DNA of 62,300 nt, counting the filler, from Fonticula-like sp. SCN 57-25 (Eukaryota): the NCBI GenBank assembly GCA_001724245.1. It is 10 parts of 10 records of this genome, joined end to end, with 100 filler letters (N's around TTAATTAATTAA, not from the genome) between each part and the next. Parts side by side here need not be neighbours in the genome. Positions count along the whole stretch, not along the records: positions 44,337 to 50,262 come from MEDX01000498.1; positions 50,363 to 56,275 come from MEDX01000499.1; positions 56,376 to 62,300 come from MEDX01000500.1; 7 more parts are not named here. One strand, given 5' to 3'. Positions 46,200-58,257 of this stretch are shown one piece after another (the stretch's first letter is position 1; each line of letters opens with the position of its first letter). Position numbers and translations under genes: made by a program. The notes below the pieces were generated by a model. The model ran no database searches. It saw only the letters and a program-made list of their open reading frames with translations, and was not told where the DNA came from.

Positions 46200-48418
46200 A
46201 TGGAGATGCACGCGCCGCTTGGAGGCGGGCTGGACGACCCTTTCCACGGCGCGTTTGGCTTTGCCGACGGCATTCTATCGTTCAAGAGTGGCGGTGCGGC
46301 GCTCGTTGTTCTTTTGAGGTGTGCTTGGCTGACAATTGCGTTCAGACGATGCCGATGGGGATGACTCTTCGGGGTCGTTTGGCGGGATGGCCGGTTTTGA
46401 CGAGTGGTCGCCCGGTACTGACGAGAGCGTTATGGAGGTCCCTTCGGCGGAGACGAGCCCGTCGCCCGAGGCGCTTGACACGCGCGAGCCGCACGAGCGG
46501 CCGCCCAGCGTGCCGCGCGCCACCACGACATCTGGACGCGTGGACAAATCCCAGCGCAAGCTCAATCACAACATTAGCGAAAAGAAGCGGCAGCGCACAA
46601 TCTCGCAGTACATTGACGAGCTGCGCAGCCTAATACCGACGTGCGACGAAACGTACATTACAAAAACCACGATTTTGCAGCGGTGCGTCACGCACGTCTC
46701 GCATCTCAAGCACGAGCTCGCCATTGTCCGCGCCGAGAACGCCCGGCTCGTCCAGGCGCTCCAGTCGGCCATGACGTACACGACGCCGGACGGCGCCGCG
46801 CCTATCATTGGTTCGTTTTGTTGTCATTTCATGATCCTTTGTGCTTATGTTTTGCTGTTTAGCAGGCCCGAGCCGCACCTTTGCGCTCATGATTCACCGC
46901 GCCGACGCCCCGACAGAGGCTCCGCACCGCCTCGATCTTGAAGCAGACTCTCTTCGCTCGCTTCACAGCCAGGTTGCCCAAGCGATGGGCATTGAGTCTG
47001 CGCGCATGCAGCTCTTTTACCACGACCCTGAATTTGAAAACGAGCTTGTCCAGCTTGTTGACCTCCGCCCTCTTCGCCCCAAAGCGCGCCTCCTCGTCTA
47101 CTCTTCCTCTGAGAACGCAAACATCCACATGGACGGCGACGCCGCAACTATTGATGACGCATCTTCCTCGCGCGTCGCCCCCGCCGACGTTGCCGCCGAA
47201 GCGAGCGCCGTCGTCGTGTCTGCCCCCTCGAGCGCTGGCAAGGACGCCGTGCGCCTCTTTGCCGTCCTTCTCTTCACCGTCGGCATGATGTGGCTTCCTG
47301 TGACGCGCGGCACGGACGAACTTCTCAATCAATTTACTACGTCGCGTTCGCTTTTCGCCGCCATGGAGCTTCCCAGCAGCGCCGCGCGGACCGACTTTTC
47401 CATCTACCTCTTGCTGCGCCACATGCTCTTTGTCGTTCAACTGTGCGCATGGTTCCTTGTAGTGCGCATAGTCCTGTTTTCGCGGGAAGCGGCGCCGCGC
47501 CTTGGCGCCGACGGCGTCAATGTGCCGCTCGCGCAGTCGCTCCGCAAGGCCGGCCAGCTCGCCTACGCACAAGGCCGCATGGACGACGCCAAGGCGGCTT
47601 TTCTCGGCGCGCTGCGCGCGCTCGGCCACGACGTCGGCCCGCGCTACCGCTCGCGTGCCCGCGCCGCCATCTTTCTCGTCTATCAAGTGATGACTCAGCA
47701 TCTGCACCGCTACGCCTTTGGCCAGGTCGTCGACAGCCGCGTCGTCCACCTCAGACGCGGTCACGTGGTCATGGCGGAGCTTGCCCGCCTGCACCACGGG
47801 CTGTACCTGCTGCACGCGTTCCACGAGCAGGAGGCGCTCCTTGCGACCATGGCAATCTACACGGCCGTCAATTATGCTGACAATGCAAATGGGAATCGGG
47901 GACGGCGCGCACTCGGCCCCGAAGACGTGTCCGAGATATACAATGACATGGCGTTTGCGCTTTTCAAGCTTTTCCCGCTTGGCATCACGCTCTTTATTGG
48001 CGCGCCTGGCGTGTACTACAAGGAAGTCGCCATGAAGCTGGGCCGCCGCGCAGGAACGAGGCAGCTCTGGACGCTCAGCAAGATCAATATGCAGCACGAG
48101 AGGAGCGAGCACCCGTTCAAGCCGCTCTATGGAAGTCTCTTGTTTATCCTTGCAATCTCGCTGTACGAGTACATGACGGGGTTCCCGGCTGTGTCAGTGT
48201 TCATCACGGCATATGTCCTATTCGAGTTGTGCCTCTTTATTGGAAAGTCGCTCGGTGTTTGCCGCGCGTTCTTCCAGCTGCAAACCCACATTGACAGCGA
48301 GGTCGCGTGTGTTGCTACAAAGCTGAGCGGGACGGCGGACTCGATTGGACTGCCGGGGCTCGCGTCGCATCTCAACGAATTTGCGCGCTCATCATACGAC
48401 CAAGTCGAGACATTCTAG
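46200..48418 (+). CDS. SREBP-like membrane-tethered bHLH-ZIP transcription factor (introns ~46294-46345 and ~46810-46862)
   Basis: bHLH HNISEKKRQRTISQYIDELRSLIP..TKTTILQ, two hydrophobic segments around SRSLF, and an SREBP-like regulatory region (HLHR..LARLHHGL..TAVNYAD..SEIY). Confidence 0.75.
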
Positions 48419-48599
48419 CCGGAAAATGGCTTGTCGTGAAGCTGTTTTTCATGAATTTCTTTGTTTTTTGCCTATTTTGTGTACATATTGCCTATCATCA
48501 TCATTGCTCGTTGTTGTTATTGCACGTCATATTATCATAGCTACTGTATAGCCAAATGTATCAGTTTCAATCATATCTTCTTCTTCCTCATCTTCTCGC

Positions 48600-50262
48600 T
48601 TACATCATGAGCTGAGCGCGGGCATAGTCGGTGAGCCCCTTGCGGTCGTCCGGGTGCGAGATGCTGATGAGCGCCTCGGCACGCTGCCTGATATTCTTTC
48701 CAAATAGGTTGACCGCGCCGTACTCTGTGACGACCCAGTGCACGTGCGAGCGGGTCGTCACGACGCCGCCTCCCGGCTTGATGGCGTTGACGATGCGCGG
48801 CAGGCCCTTGTTGGTGCGCGACGTGAGCGCGATGATGGCGTGGCCGCCCTCGCTGAGAGCCGCGCCGCGCATAAAGTCCATCTGGCCGCCAGTGCCCGAA
48901 AAGATCTTGCTGCCAATCGAGTCGGCGCAGACTTGGCCAGTGAGGTCGACTTCAATGGCAGAGTTGATCGCGACGACCTTGGGGTTCATGCGGATGACGC
49001 TGGGGTCGTTCACAAACTGGGTGCGGCCCATGTGGATGAGCGGGTTGTCGTCGATAAAGTCGTAGAGGTTGGTCGGGCCGACAACGAAGGAGGCGACAAT
49101 CTGGCCGGGGAGGATCACCTAGGGAAAAGGGTCAGTCAAAGGTGGTCAAAAATGGGTCAAAAGTATGGAAAACGTCACACAAAAAGGGTCAAAAATGACA
49201 CAAACGTTCAAAAGTGACACACATGACACGCCAAAAAGTGCATAATTACAACAAAAATGCCTCAAGTACACCATCAAAATAGAACCAAAATACGACCAGA
49301 CTACGCACCTTGTGCTTGTTGGTGATGACGCCCTTGCTGACGAGGTCAATGACGCCCTCTGCAAACATCTCGGTGTGGATACCAAGGTCCTATTGGCCAG
49401 TTAGCTACCTCACCTTCACGGTCGTTAACGCACCTTGCGGTCGCCGAGGAAGGAGAGGGTCGCGTCGGGAATGCCACCGATGCCCATCTGGAGCGTGGCG
49501 CCGTCGGGCACGAGCTTGGCGATGTGGCGGCCAATTTCGGTGTACGCCGGGTTCGGGTCGCGCGTCTTGACGTTGGCGAGCGCGGCGTCGTGCTCGACGA
49601 GGTAGTCAAAGTTGGACAAGTGGATGACGCCCTCGCCGAGGGTGCGCGGCATGTGCTTGTTGACCTGAGCGACGACCACCTTGGCGCGGCGGACGGCCTC
49701 GAGCGACACGTCGACGGACGGGCCCAGGCTCACATAGCCGTGACGATCCGGCGGCGAGACCGAGACGAGCGCGACATCGAGCGGCAGCTGCGAGCGGAAG
49801 AGGAGCGGGACCTCGGAGAGGAAGATCGGGACAAAGTCCGAGCGGCCCTCCTGCACGGCCTTGCGCTGGTTGGCGCCGACGAAAAAGTTGTTGGTGCGGA
49901 AGGACTCGGGATGGTCGATGTAGCCGCACGTGCCCTCAACGTGGATGTGGCAAACTTCAACGTTGCGGACGCCGTTGGCACCTATATACGGGATTGGTCA
50001 GCGGGCAAGGGCCAAGTACAGGATAAGCGCACCCTCGCCGCGGCGGACGAGCGCATCAGCGAGATGCTGAGGGAAGGCCGACGCCGAGTGCATGAAGACG
50101 CGGCTGTTGGACTTTACCACGGACAGCGCCTCATCGGCCCCGACGATCGGGGGGAGGCGACCTAGTCAAATGTCAATCACACCGACCCATGCAGCGGCGC
50201 ATCTAGCACGCACCAGCCCACGGGCGAAGGTTCTTGTAAAGGCCGGCGGCATTGAGCAGACC
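48600..50262 (-). CDS. Acetyl-CoA hydrolase / 4-hydroxybutyrate CoA-transferase, spliced, 5' truncated
   Basis: GATLQMGIGGIPD, LGIHTEMF, AINSAIEVDLTGQVCADSIG..SGTGGQMDF, VVTEYG. Confidence 0.95.
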
Positions 50263-51245
50263 NNNNNNNNNNNNNNNNNNNNNNNNNNNNNNNNNNNNNN
50301 NNNNNNTTAATTAATTAANNNNNNNNNNNNNNNNNNNNNNNNNNNNNNNNNNNNNNNNNNNNGAACCAGAACAGGATCAGCAGCAAGAGAATGGCCACGT
50401 GGATAAATGGTGTGTCATCGTGCCATTTTCATGCTTGTGGCTTTGTTGGTGCGCCCCAGATCAGACCCATCAACAGCTATCAAAAAACCCTGTAGAATCA
50501 CATCCAACTTTTGGAATCCGGGGTGCGCTCCGACGGGCTGTTCGGATCGATGTGAGCGCCGACGCGTCCTTGGTGTCGCCGACATCAGGGGTTCTGAGGT
50601 ACCGCTATTGTGTTTTCCGCTTGGTTATTTGCCTGCCCAGTTATGCTGAAAAGCTGGTTTAAATTAGAATCGATCTCGGTCGGCGAGCACCCTTTGAACC
50701 CCGGCGACCTCGATTTGGCTCCATCCTTGCTTCTCCGCCGCCCGTTGCCGTGCACTTTTCCATTTTACGACCTACTTGACTCGCAGTGTGATATTCCTGT
50801 TTTTACGTGAGTTTGCTACACTCAAAAAAAAGATCCCCATGCCAGGTGTCCCCCTCGCTGTGCTGTGGTCGTTCCCGTGGGGCCACCCTTTGCGGGCGGT
50901 GCTCGCGCGCTTCAGAGCTACCTTCGAGAGCCGCTTGCCGTACCACGTACGTTTGAGCTATTTTTTACTTGCCCATACTTAGCTCTTTTACCTTAGCTTC
51001 ATTGGCCGAAGTGTCGGTTAGCGTCAGCCCGTGTATGGGCGGGCAGCCTCTTCGCGGCCCGAGATCGTGGTTCTCCGCGCACGGTCACTTTGCGAGCCGG
51101 AGTTGAGGCTGGACTGTAGCATATTGTAGTATATCATACCGGTACAATAAATGGTAGGACTTTCTTTCATAGTTGCGGCACGCTAGTTTTATTTTAACTC
51201 AACAACACATATCACTTGTTCACATATTTACAAATCTTAACTGGT

Positions 51246-54200
51246 CTACGCTTCGTCCTCGCCAAGCTCCTCTACGTCAGACGGGTCGTCCTCGTTGCCG
51301 CTAGCATCATCCTCATTCTCTCCTTCCTCGTCCTCATCGGGCAGTGCACCTTCAAAGCGGACGCGATCCTCCGCCGCGATAACCTCCGGTTCTTGTTCCT
51401 CCTCATCCTGAATGGCGTGCACTAGACGACGCATAAGTACGTTTTGATATGCAAACACTCTGGCCGTACTGTTCTTACACGTTCCTCCCATAGGATGGCA
51501 TGCCCAACCGCATCCACCCCTTCGGCTGCAACTGCAGCGCCCGCCAACAAAGCAACCGCCTGACGCACACGAGCACGTAGAGCCCGACCTGGGTGCCTTC
51601 AAGGTCCCGGGCTGTACGCCGACAGGCCCAGTGCGCAGCAGGGGCTCAAAACTCCATGTCTTGACGACGTCTGGCTGCTCCGCAAACACATCTGGCATGG
51701 CCGTGTTGGCATCCTTCGCACTACCAGTGTCCGCGTAGATGACGGCCCAGGCGACGTTGCGGAGGTGCGGAATGAGGACGTTGTCCGCCATCAACACCTG
51801 CCGCTCGTCGCCCTTTGCTTGCAGGCCTGCGAGGCGGATTGCCCTGCGCGTCGCAGGCCAGTCGTCGGGGCGAAGAGGAGGCCGATACTTTGAAGGTAGT
51901 GCGTTGAAGTACGTCAGTGTCATCAGACGGGACGCAAACTCTATCCCGTCGGTGACATCTTGAAGCAAAGATCGCTGGGAAATTCCACGTGAGTTAGTAT
52001 GCGGGCTTCTTTCTTTGCGTATCGAATTGTGCGCACATGCAGCAGGAGCGTCTTGATGACAGTCGGCATGCGGATGCCGTACAGCCCAGCGCAGTAGTCG
52101 TCGCCGAGCATCTTGCCCGCGATCACGATATCGATGACGGTACCGCTGGGTGCCAGCTCCTTCATGGCGTCGACAAAGGTGCGTGCCGAAAACCACCCCC
52201 CGTCGCGCTGGCTTACACAAATGTCGTCAAAGGCCCCGTCGACTTTATCCCATGCGAGCAGCAGCGCGTAAACTGTGTCGGTGTCGTCGGAGCGTAGGAG
52301 AACGCGACGTGATCTTCCTTGAACGAGGGGAGAGGCCAGCATCTGGACGGCGCGAAGCTCGGCCTCGGTCGCGAGACTGGGTATCCCCAGCGTCGTTTCC
52401 GCGCCTTCCACGCCGTTGAAAAGAAGCTGCTTGTCTGCAAGATTGCCGTGGACGAGAACATCAACACGTCTTTCTTGCGCCTCCGCTGCGACTCGCGCGA
52501 CCACAATTTGCCAGAAAGCGGTTCGCGCGGTGTCGTTGGCCAGCCAGCCAGAGCGCGGCTCCTCGTCTTCGTTCACGACAAACGCCCCTATGTCGTCCTC
52601 CATCTCGTCTGCGCGGCTGGCGGCGACGCGTCGCGTGAACGACGTAAATAGCTTTTCGACCGGCCGCTCATTATCCGCGAGAACGATGAGCAGCTCGGCG
52701 TTGGCCTTTACGGCGACGGCGACGAGACGTCGGGCGACAATGGAGGCGAGATCTGCGTACGTGTTGCCGCTGCGCGCTGTGAGGTAGAGATACCCCATCG
52801 CGTCAACAACGACAACGCCCGCACGGCAGTTTTCCCCGACGAGACGTGCACTTGGCACCCGATCCAGGAGTGTTCGGAGATTGGCGGCCTTGTGCGAGTC
52901 TCGAAAGAAGCCGGCGACGTTAACAACCGGAAGCGGGAGCGGATGAACTTGCACTTCCAAAAAAGATCGTAGCGCCAGCTCGTTGTTCCTGGCAACAACT
53001 TGTGCCAAGCGTTGAACTGCCTTGGTGGCCGCCTTAAGCTCTTCCACCTCGAGCGATGCGCGCTTTGCTGCTTGGCCGCCTACGACCGGCGTCGCCTTTG
53101 AGCTTCCGGCGGCAGGCGCCGGCCCGCCCTCAAACCGGTGCGCGTATCGCTCATGAAGGCGCTTCCGGCCAACTTCTGAGCCTTTCGTCAAGAGCTCTGC
53201 ATCGTCGGAGTCAAACCTACGCTGGCGTCAATTTACGGATTTATGCTTGGAGATAGATGGCGCACGGGATGAGCTGATGGACCCTGGGTTGCGCCTTGCG
53301 CAGCAGACACGAGAAATGTGCGCTGTCCGATGGAAGCTTGGTAAAGAGGTCGAACTGCGCCATGACGGCGGCTGCGTGCCTCGCGTCCTCTTCCATCATC
53401 GCCAGTCGGCGCGATACGCGCGACTTTGTTGGCTCTGGCTTGTCAAGCCGCAGCGCCGCAAATAGAGATTCGAAACTACCACAGTTGTGAGCAAGATAAT
53501 TTAGTTCGGTATATTGCGGCGTACTCATTCGATCGCTCCGGAGCGGCACGGGCGATGGCGATGGTTTTGGAAGCCGTTGTGGCGTCATTGGCAGCGCTTT
53601 TTAATTTCTTGATGACATCGCCCTCCTGGCGCTCATCTTGAAATTGGCCGGTGCCAGCCTGACCGGTCACAGACGACGCGGTTTGAGAGGTGACGAACGA
53701 TCGAGCGGCGGGGGAAAGTCGTGCCAAGTCGTTCCGGTGGTCGAGATATAGGTCCTGGTACTTTCGATGGCTTGATGTCGCCCAGAGCGGCCCCATTTGA
53801 CGAAACGCCTCGTCAGCAAGCTCGCCCGATCCAGCGCGAGCCGCCAGCTTCAGGTTACAGAGCGGCCACGCATCGCCCAGAAACTGCAGGTGTGCCGCCC
53901 ATGAAGGGTGCTGCGCGCGAAGTTCGCTCACAAACTGCTGCAGGCGTTCGGGCGCGCTCTCCCTACATAGACAAACGTCGTGTCAGTATAAGAGAAGATC
54001 AGGCTGGGTATTCGTCTTCCGCGTACGGGGACCACGGCCCTGGGTATCGTTCTGCCATCAGCGCGAGCAGATGTAAAAGAAGACCATTCAGCGCCATCAT
54101 AATTGCACGAAAAATCAAGCGGTTCTCTTTGCCGGTTTTGACGCGCATCATGGTGCCCGGCTTGTGCAGGTCCTTGTGCGAGCGCATCAACGGCTGCAGA

Positions 54201-56243
54201 AGCGAATTCCAGTACCGGGTCCTCACGATGTCCATGCCATTCCACAAAGAGTGGATAAACCCGGGTATTACAACCACTAGGCGAGCAATGTGCGGCCGTG
54301 ATAGACTGCGCGGGTGGCGCAGTATGGCCCGCAGCAACACGTACAATTGCTGGTCTGCGACCAACATCACCATGGACGGCAGGTTTGCACCAGAGGCTGC
54401 CTCCACCTTGTCGAGCAGGATGTTCAGCGTCTCCTCCACTTGAGCCGCGTCGGCAGAGTACGCGTGTTCGACGAGTACGGTCGTCATTGTGGATGCTTTC
54501 AAGGGACTAAACAGGGCTCGTACTGCAGGCGCTCCGTAAATGTCAGCTCCCCCGCCAACCAATGCCATCACTTGCGCATGGATTGTACGGCACCACGCAT
54601 CCTTTCCTGCAGCCGAAGGCTTCAAGTCTTCAATGGCCGAGTCCCTTGTCTCTAGATCCCAAAGCTCGGCAACATCGGGAGCATCTGTGGTTTGGTGGAG
54701 CTGTCCCACCGCCAAAAAGTGTTCGACCTACATATGTGCAACATATTAAAAGCTGGCCTATCACGCCTTTGCCCGGCGTACTCTTGTTGCCACGAACGGG
54801 TTGCGTAGGCTACGCTCGGCGTTATCAATCGTAAAAACAAAGCATCTCTTAGCCTGAAGAGCGAGCGCGGGCCTGCCTTACGTTAGCTGTTGTTTCCTTT
54901 TTTGATCTTAGGTACGTACTGCACAAGAAGCCTCCGCTCAAGCTCCTGGTGCGCAAACTGGCGCGAAAGCACTACCCCAAGGGCCCGGGGAACCTGCAAG
55001 AAAAGGTCCGGTGTTCTCGTAACCAACGCAAGCTCACTAATGATCCTCTGGAGCTTGGTAGCGGGCTCGCGGGAGCCGGGCGCGCGACGACCGGACAAAA
55101 AGTTCATCATGGCGCGTTGCTTCCAGGCATCATCGACGTCCTTCGGCATCCCAAACACCACCTTAAAGGCCTCGGCAGCGTTCTCCGGCATTGCATCGAA
55201 TAGCGGCACGAGATCGACCGCTTGCGCGGCGTCGGCGGCAAGAGAGGCAAAGTCGCTGGCCATGGATTGCGGCGGCGCGGGCGGCTCTGCCGTCTCCTTC
55301 GTTTTTTGGGAAAACAAATCCCTCAACACGTGGACAGCGAGAAGGAGTATCCTGCCCTCCTTCATAACACTATGCGTGTATTCGAGCTTCGTGCTGTGAT
55401 TGCTCGACTCGTTCCGTTTCGCCACGCAATGCTCGATGAGTTTGTCGATGGCAACGAGCTCTGACTTCACTATAGTATTCAAATCTGCGGTAGCGCGCTG
55501 GTCAGTGTCTCAATTATTTCATTATAATGTATTGTGTTTTGTACTTGATAAATATTTAATTGCATTGCCAAGTCGGCCCGCGTGACGACACCTTTCGCAA
55601 TGAGCTGGTCGAAAGCACCTTCGGTTCGTAACCCTCCCATCTTTTGGGCCTATATGCGCAAGTTTACTATCGGCACGTGTATTTCGCGGGTGGCCCACGG
55701 TGGGCAGAAAAGGACGTACTTCCTTTAAAACCTGGATCATGCCATGAACGTCGCTTTTAGTCCAGCGGGTGTAGCACGCGTTGCATGCGGGCTGTCAAAT
55801 TGGAAAAACAAATACAATGTAAGAAAACTTTAATTGGGGGCAAAGGAAACTTTAAGGCTTACCAAACTGTATTTGCGCGTTGGCTGGTCAAAGAAGGCGC
55901 ACACGTGCGCGGCCAGATCTCCGCGAAACTCTCGCGTAGACGGCTTTTTGCAATTGAGGCAAATTTTGACACTCTCCGCCTTGTGAAACGCTTTCACTTC
56001 GTTACGACATACTTTGCAACAGTCGTCGCCTTTATGCCAAAAAGCAGACGTGGGCGACAGCGCGCCCTCCTTCATGTTGGCCGTCCACCAGACGCTGCCC
56101 TCCTCAACATTACCCACTTTCTTCACCTCCAAACCACCACCGCATCTGAGACACTTCGCCTCCACTTCAGCCAGCGCTACCCTTTGGGGCTGTGGCGTCT
56201 CCGGCGGCAAGCAGCCCGAATCGGCTCGCTGGCGCTTGCCCAT
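51246..56243 (-). mobile_element. AcademX-like transposase gene (N-terminal Cys motifs, transposase core, XPG-like nuclease, Cys8 finger), spliced
   Basis: VADQQLY..IPGFIH, ATEAE..RSDDTD..GDDYCAGLYGI and CSCASGGC..CSC..GCGWAC..C. Five ORF junctions were checked and are phase-compatible GT-AG introns. Confidence 0.75.
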
Positions 56244-56563
56244 GCTGATCTCGATTTCGGGGGGGTGCGAGATGCNNNNNNNNNNNNNNNNNNNNNNNNN
56301 NNNNNNNNNNNNNNNNNNNTTAATTAATTAANNNNNNNNNNNNNNNNNNNNNNNNNNNNNNNNNNNNNNNNNNNNATTGCCCTTCTTCTTGTACTCGTCT
56401 TCTCTTGTTGTTGTTGTTGTTGTTGTTGTTTACCGCACTTGTAGGTTCGTCGTCATCTTCCTCCGCTATCATCACAACTTGAACTTGCTGAAAATCACTC
56501 TCCTGCTCCTTGATCTTGCCGTCGACGGCGCCGTCGTCTTCTCGGGCGGTCGCGGCATCGGTT

Positions 56564-56595
56564 GGGGGCCTGCGAGGCCCCCTTACAAGTTTTTT
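56564..56595 (-). promoter_or_regulatory. -1 programmed ribosomal frameshift signal (gag-pol)
   Basis: A_AAA_AAC slippery heptamer (56595-56589), 6-nt spacer, and an 8-bp stem gggggcct-cgc-aggccccc. Confidence 0.85.
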
Positions 56596-57680
56596 GGGCG
56601 GCCCGAGACAGAGTCCTTGTCGGCGGGGCCGCTGTTGTCCTTGTCGCTCGTCGGAGCATATCCACCGTGACGTCCATGACCTGGCGGGCGTTGGTAGGGG
56701 TGCGAGCTTGAGCGACCTTGGAAGGTGGCGAGGTCGCGGATGCGCGTGCGGCAGTCGACCGCGTAGTGGCGTGGCTTGCCGCAGTAGGCGCACTGCACCG
56801 CAGAGTTCGACGCCGGATCACGATCACTGGCACTATCAGCATCTCGACGATCTTGGCGAGGCCGGTCATGGTGGCGCGGGTTGCCGGTAGGTCCTTGAGA
56901 ACGCGGCGGCGCCGATGCCACATGCAGCGCGACCACGTCGCTCAGACGCCGAACCTCCTCCTCGATGCGCTTGATGGCGGCACCGTGACGATCTTGCTCA
57001 AAAGCTGCGGCTGGGTCGAGCGTCGGCGCCATGGCGGCCAGGATGGGCGCGGCGGTGATGCGCGGCACGGCGGGGGTAACTTGACCGCCGTGACCTTGGC
57101 CTTGCATCTCGCCGATCTTGCAGGCTCGAGACACGATGTCGTCAAAGGTGAGAGGCTTGTCCGAGGACGTCTCGAGCACTGCGAGCAGCGTACGCCACTC
57201 GTGCGGAAGTCCAGCGAGGAAGGCCGCCACCTTCTCGCCGTCCTCCATCGATGAGTTGATGCGGCCGCACAGAACTTGAATGGCGCGCGCGTAAGCACGG
57301 ACGGACTCGCCGGCCTGCAGGCGGCGCTGCGCCAGCTGCTGGCGCAACCAAATCGTGTCGGTCGATCCGGCAAAAGCGTTAATCAGCTTGTCCTTGACAG
57401 TGGCAAAGGTGGCCTGGTCGCCGGGAGCCAGCTGATGGAAGATGTTGGCGGCCTCGCCTGCAAGGAAAAGCGGCAAAACTTGCAGGCGATGCTCCGGCGA
57501 CCATCTGACGACATCGGCCGCTCGCTCAAAGTTAGCAAACCAGCGACGGATGTCGTGGACCTGCTCATCGGACAGCTTGCCGACGAGTGACGCGATGGCC
57601 GTCGGGTTGGCAGTCGCCGCAGCGGTGGCTGCCGCAACGGCGGCGTCGATGTTGCCAGCAGTACGGGCGTTGGTGCTCAT
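56583..57680 (-). CDS. gag: Ty3/Gypsy Gag
   Basis: LQAGESVRAY..KVAAFLAGL and the zinc knuckle CAYCGKPRHYAVDC. Confidence 0.92.
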   Translation of the reverse strand: MSTNARTAGNIDAAVAAATAAATANPTAIASLVGKLSDEQVHDIRRWFANFERAADVVRWSPEHRLQVLPLFLAGEAANIFHQLAPGDQATFATVKDKLINAFAGSTDTIWLRQQLAQRRLQAGESVRAYARAIQVLCGRINSSMEDGEKVAAFLAGLPHEWRTLLAVLETSSDKPLTFDDIVSRACKIGEMQGQGHGGQVTPAVPRITAAPILAAMAPTLDPAAAFEQDRHGAAIKRIEEEVRRLSDVVALHVASAPPRSQGPTGNPRHHDRPRQDRRDADSASDRDPASNSAVQCAYCGKPRHYAVDCRTRIRDLATFQGRSSSHPYQRPPGHGRHGGYAPTSDKDNSGPADKDSVSGRPKNL

Positions 57681-57741
57681 TGTCGCTGAACAAACTTGGT
57701 CGAGAACAAAAAGAACTCGAAAAAGCTGTCGATGTCGCCAA

Positions 57742-58163
57742 TGTGATGCGGGAGGGAAAACGGTTAGGGTCACTGGAGTGAAAGGGCGCAGCGATGGCAG
57801 CGGAATGCGCTGTCGGGATGCGCCACAGCTCTCAGAGAGAAGCAGTGGGGGAAAGCAAGTTTATTGCTGCTGAGAGAAAAGAGGAAAGAGAAAGAGCCTG
57901 TACACATGGCAGGAAAGGGAAAAGAGCTCAGCGAAGAACTTGAAACGGATATTGGGCCATGATCTTGGCTGGAAGGTTGTTCTGTTGGGAGAGACGAAAG
58001 TTGTGTGTGAGTGTACGTTGATTGGTTGGAAACGAAAGGGTCTGCTCGAAAAGGAAACGAGAGACAAAGAGGAGGGAGGAACAACTGCATGAGAGGAGAG
58101 GGAGCGCGCGCCGAGGGGCGGCGCAGGCTGTCCAATGTCATGGATGGATGGTGATTCACCACA
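57742..58163 (-). mobile_element. Single LTR (~422 bp), preceded by a polypurine tract (~58167-58178) and followed by a primer-binding site (TGGCGAC.., ~57726-57740)
   Basis: TGTGGTG...CATCACA termini, AAAGGGGGGGG upstream, and TGG one base downstream. Confidence 0.8.
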
Positions 58164-58257
58164 TCACCCCCCCCTTTCGAAAAGACGCGAAGCGTCCCTC
58201 GACATCGATTCAAAAGGGCACTGTCAACCAACACTCAAGGCGTCCCCTGAGGCAGGC

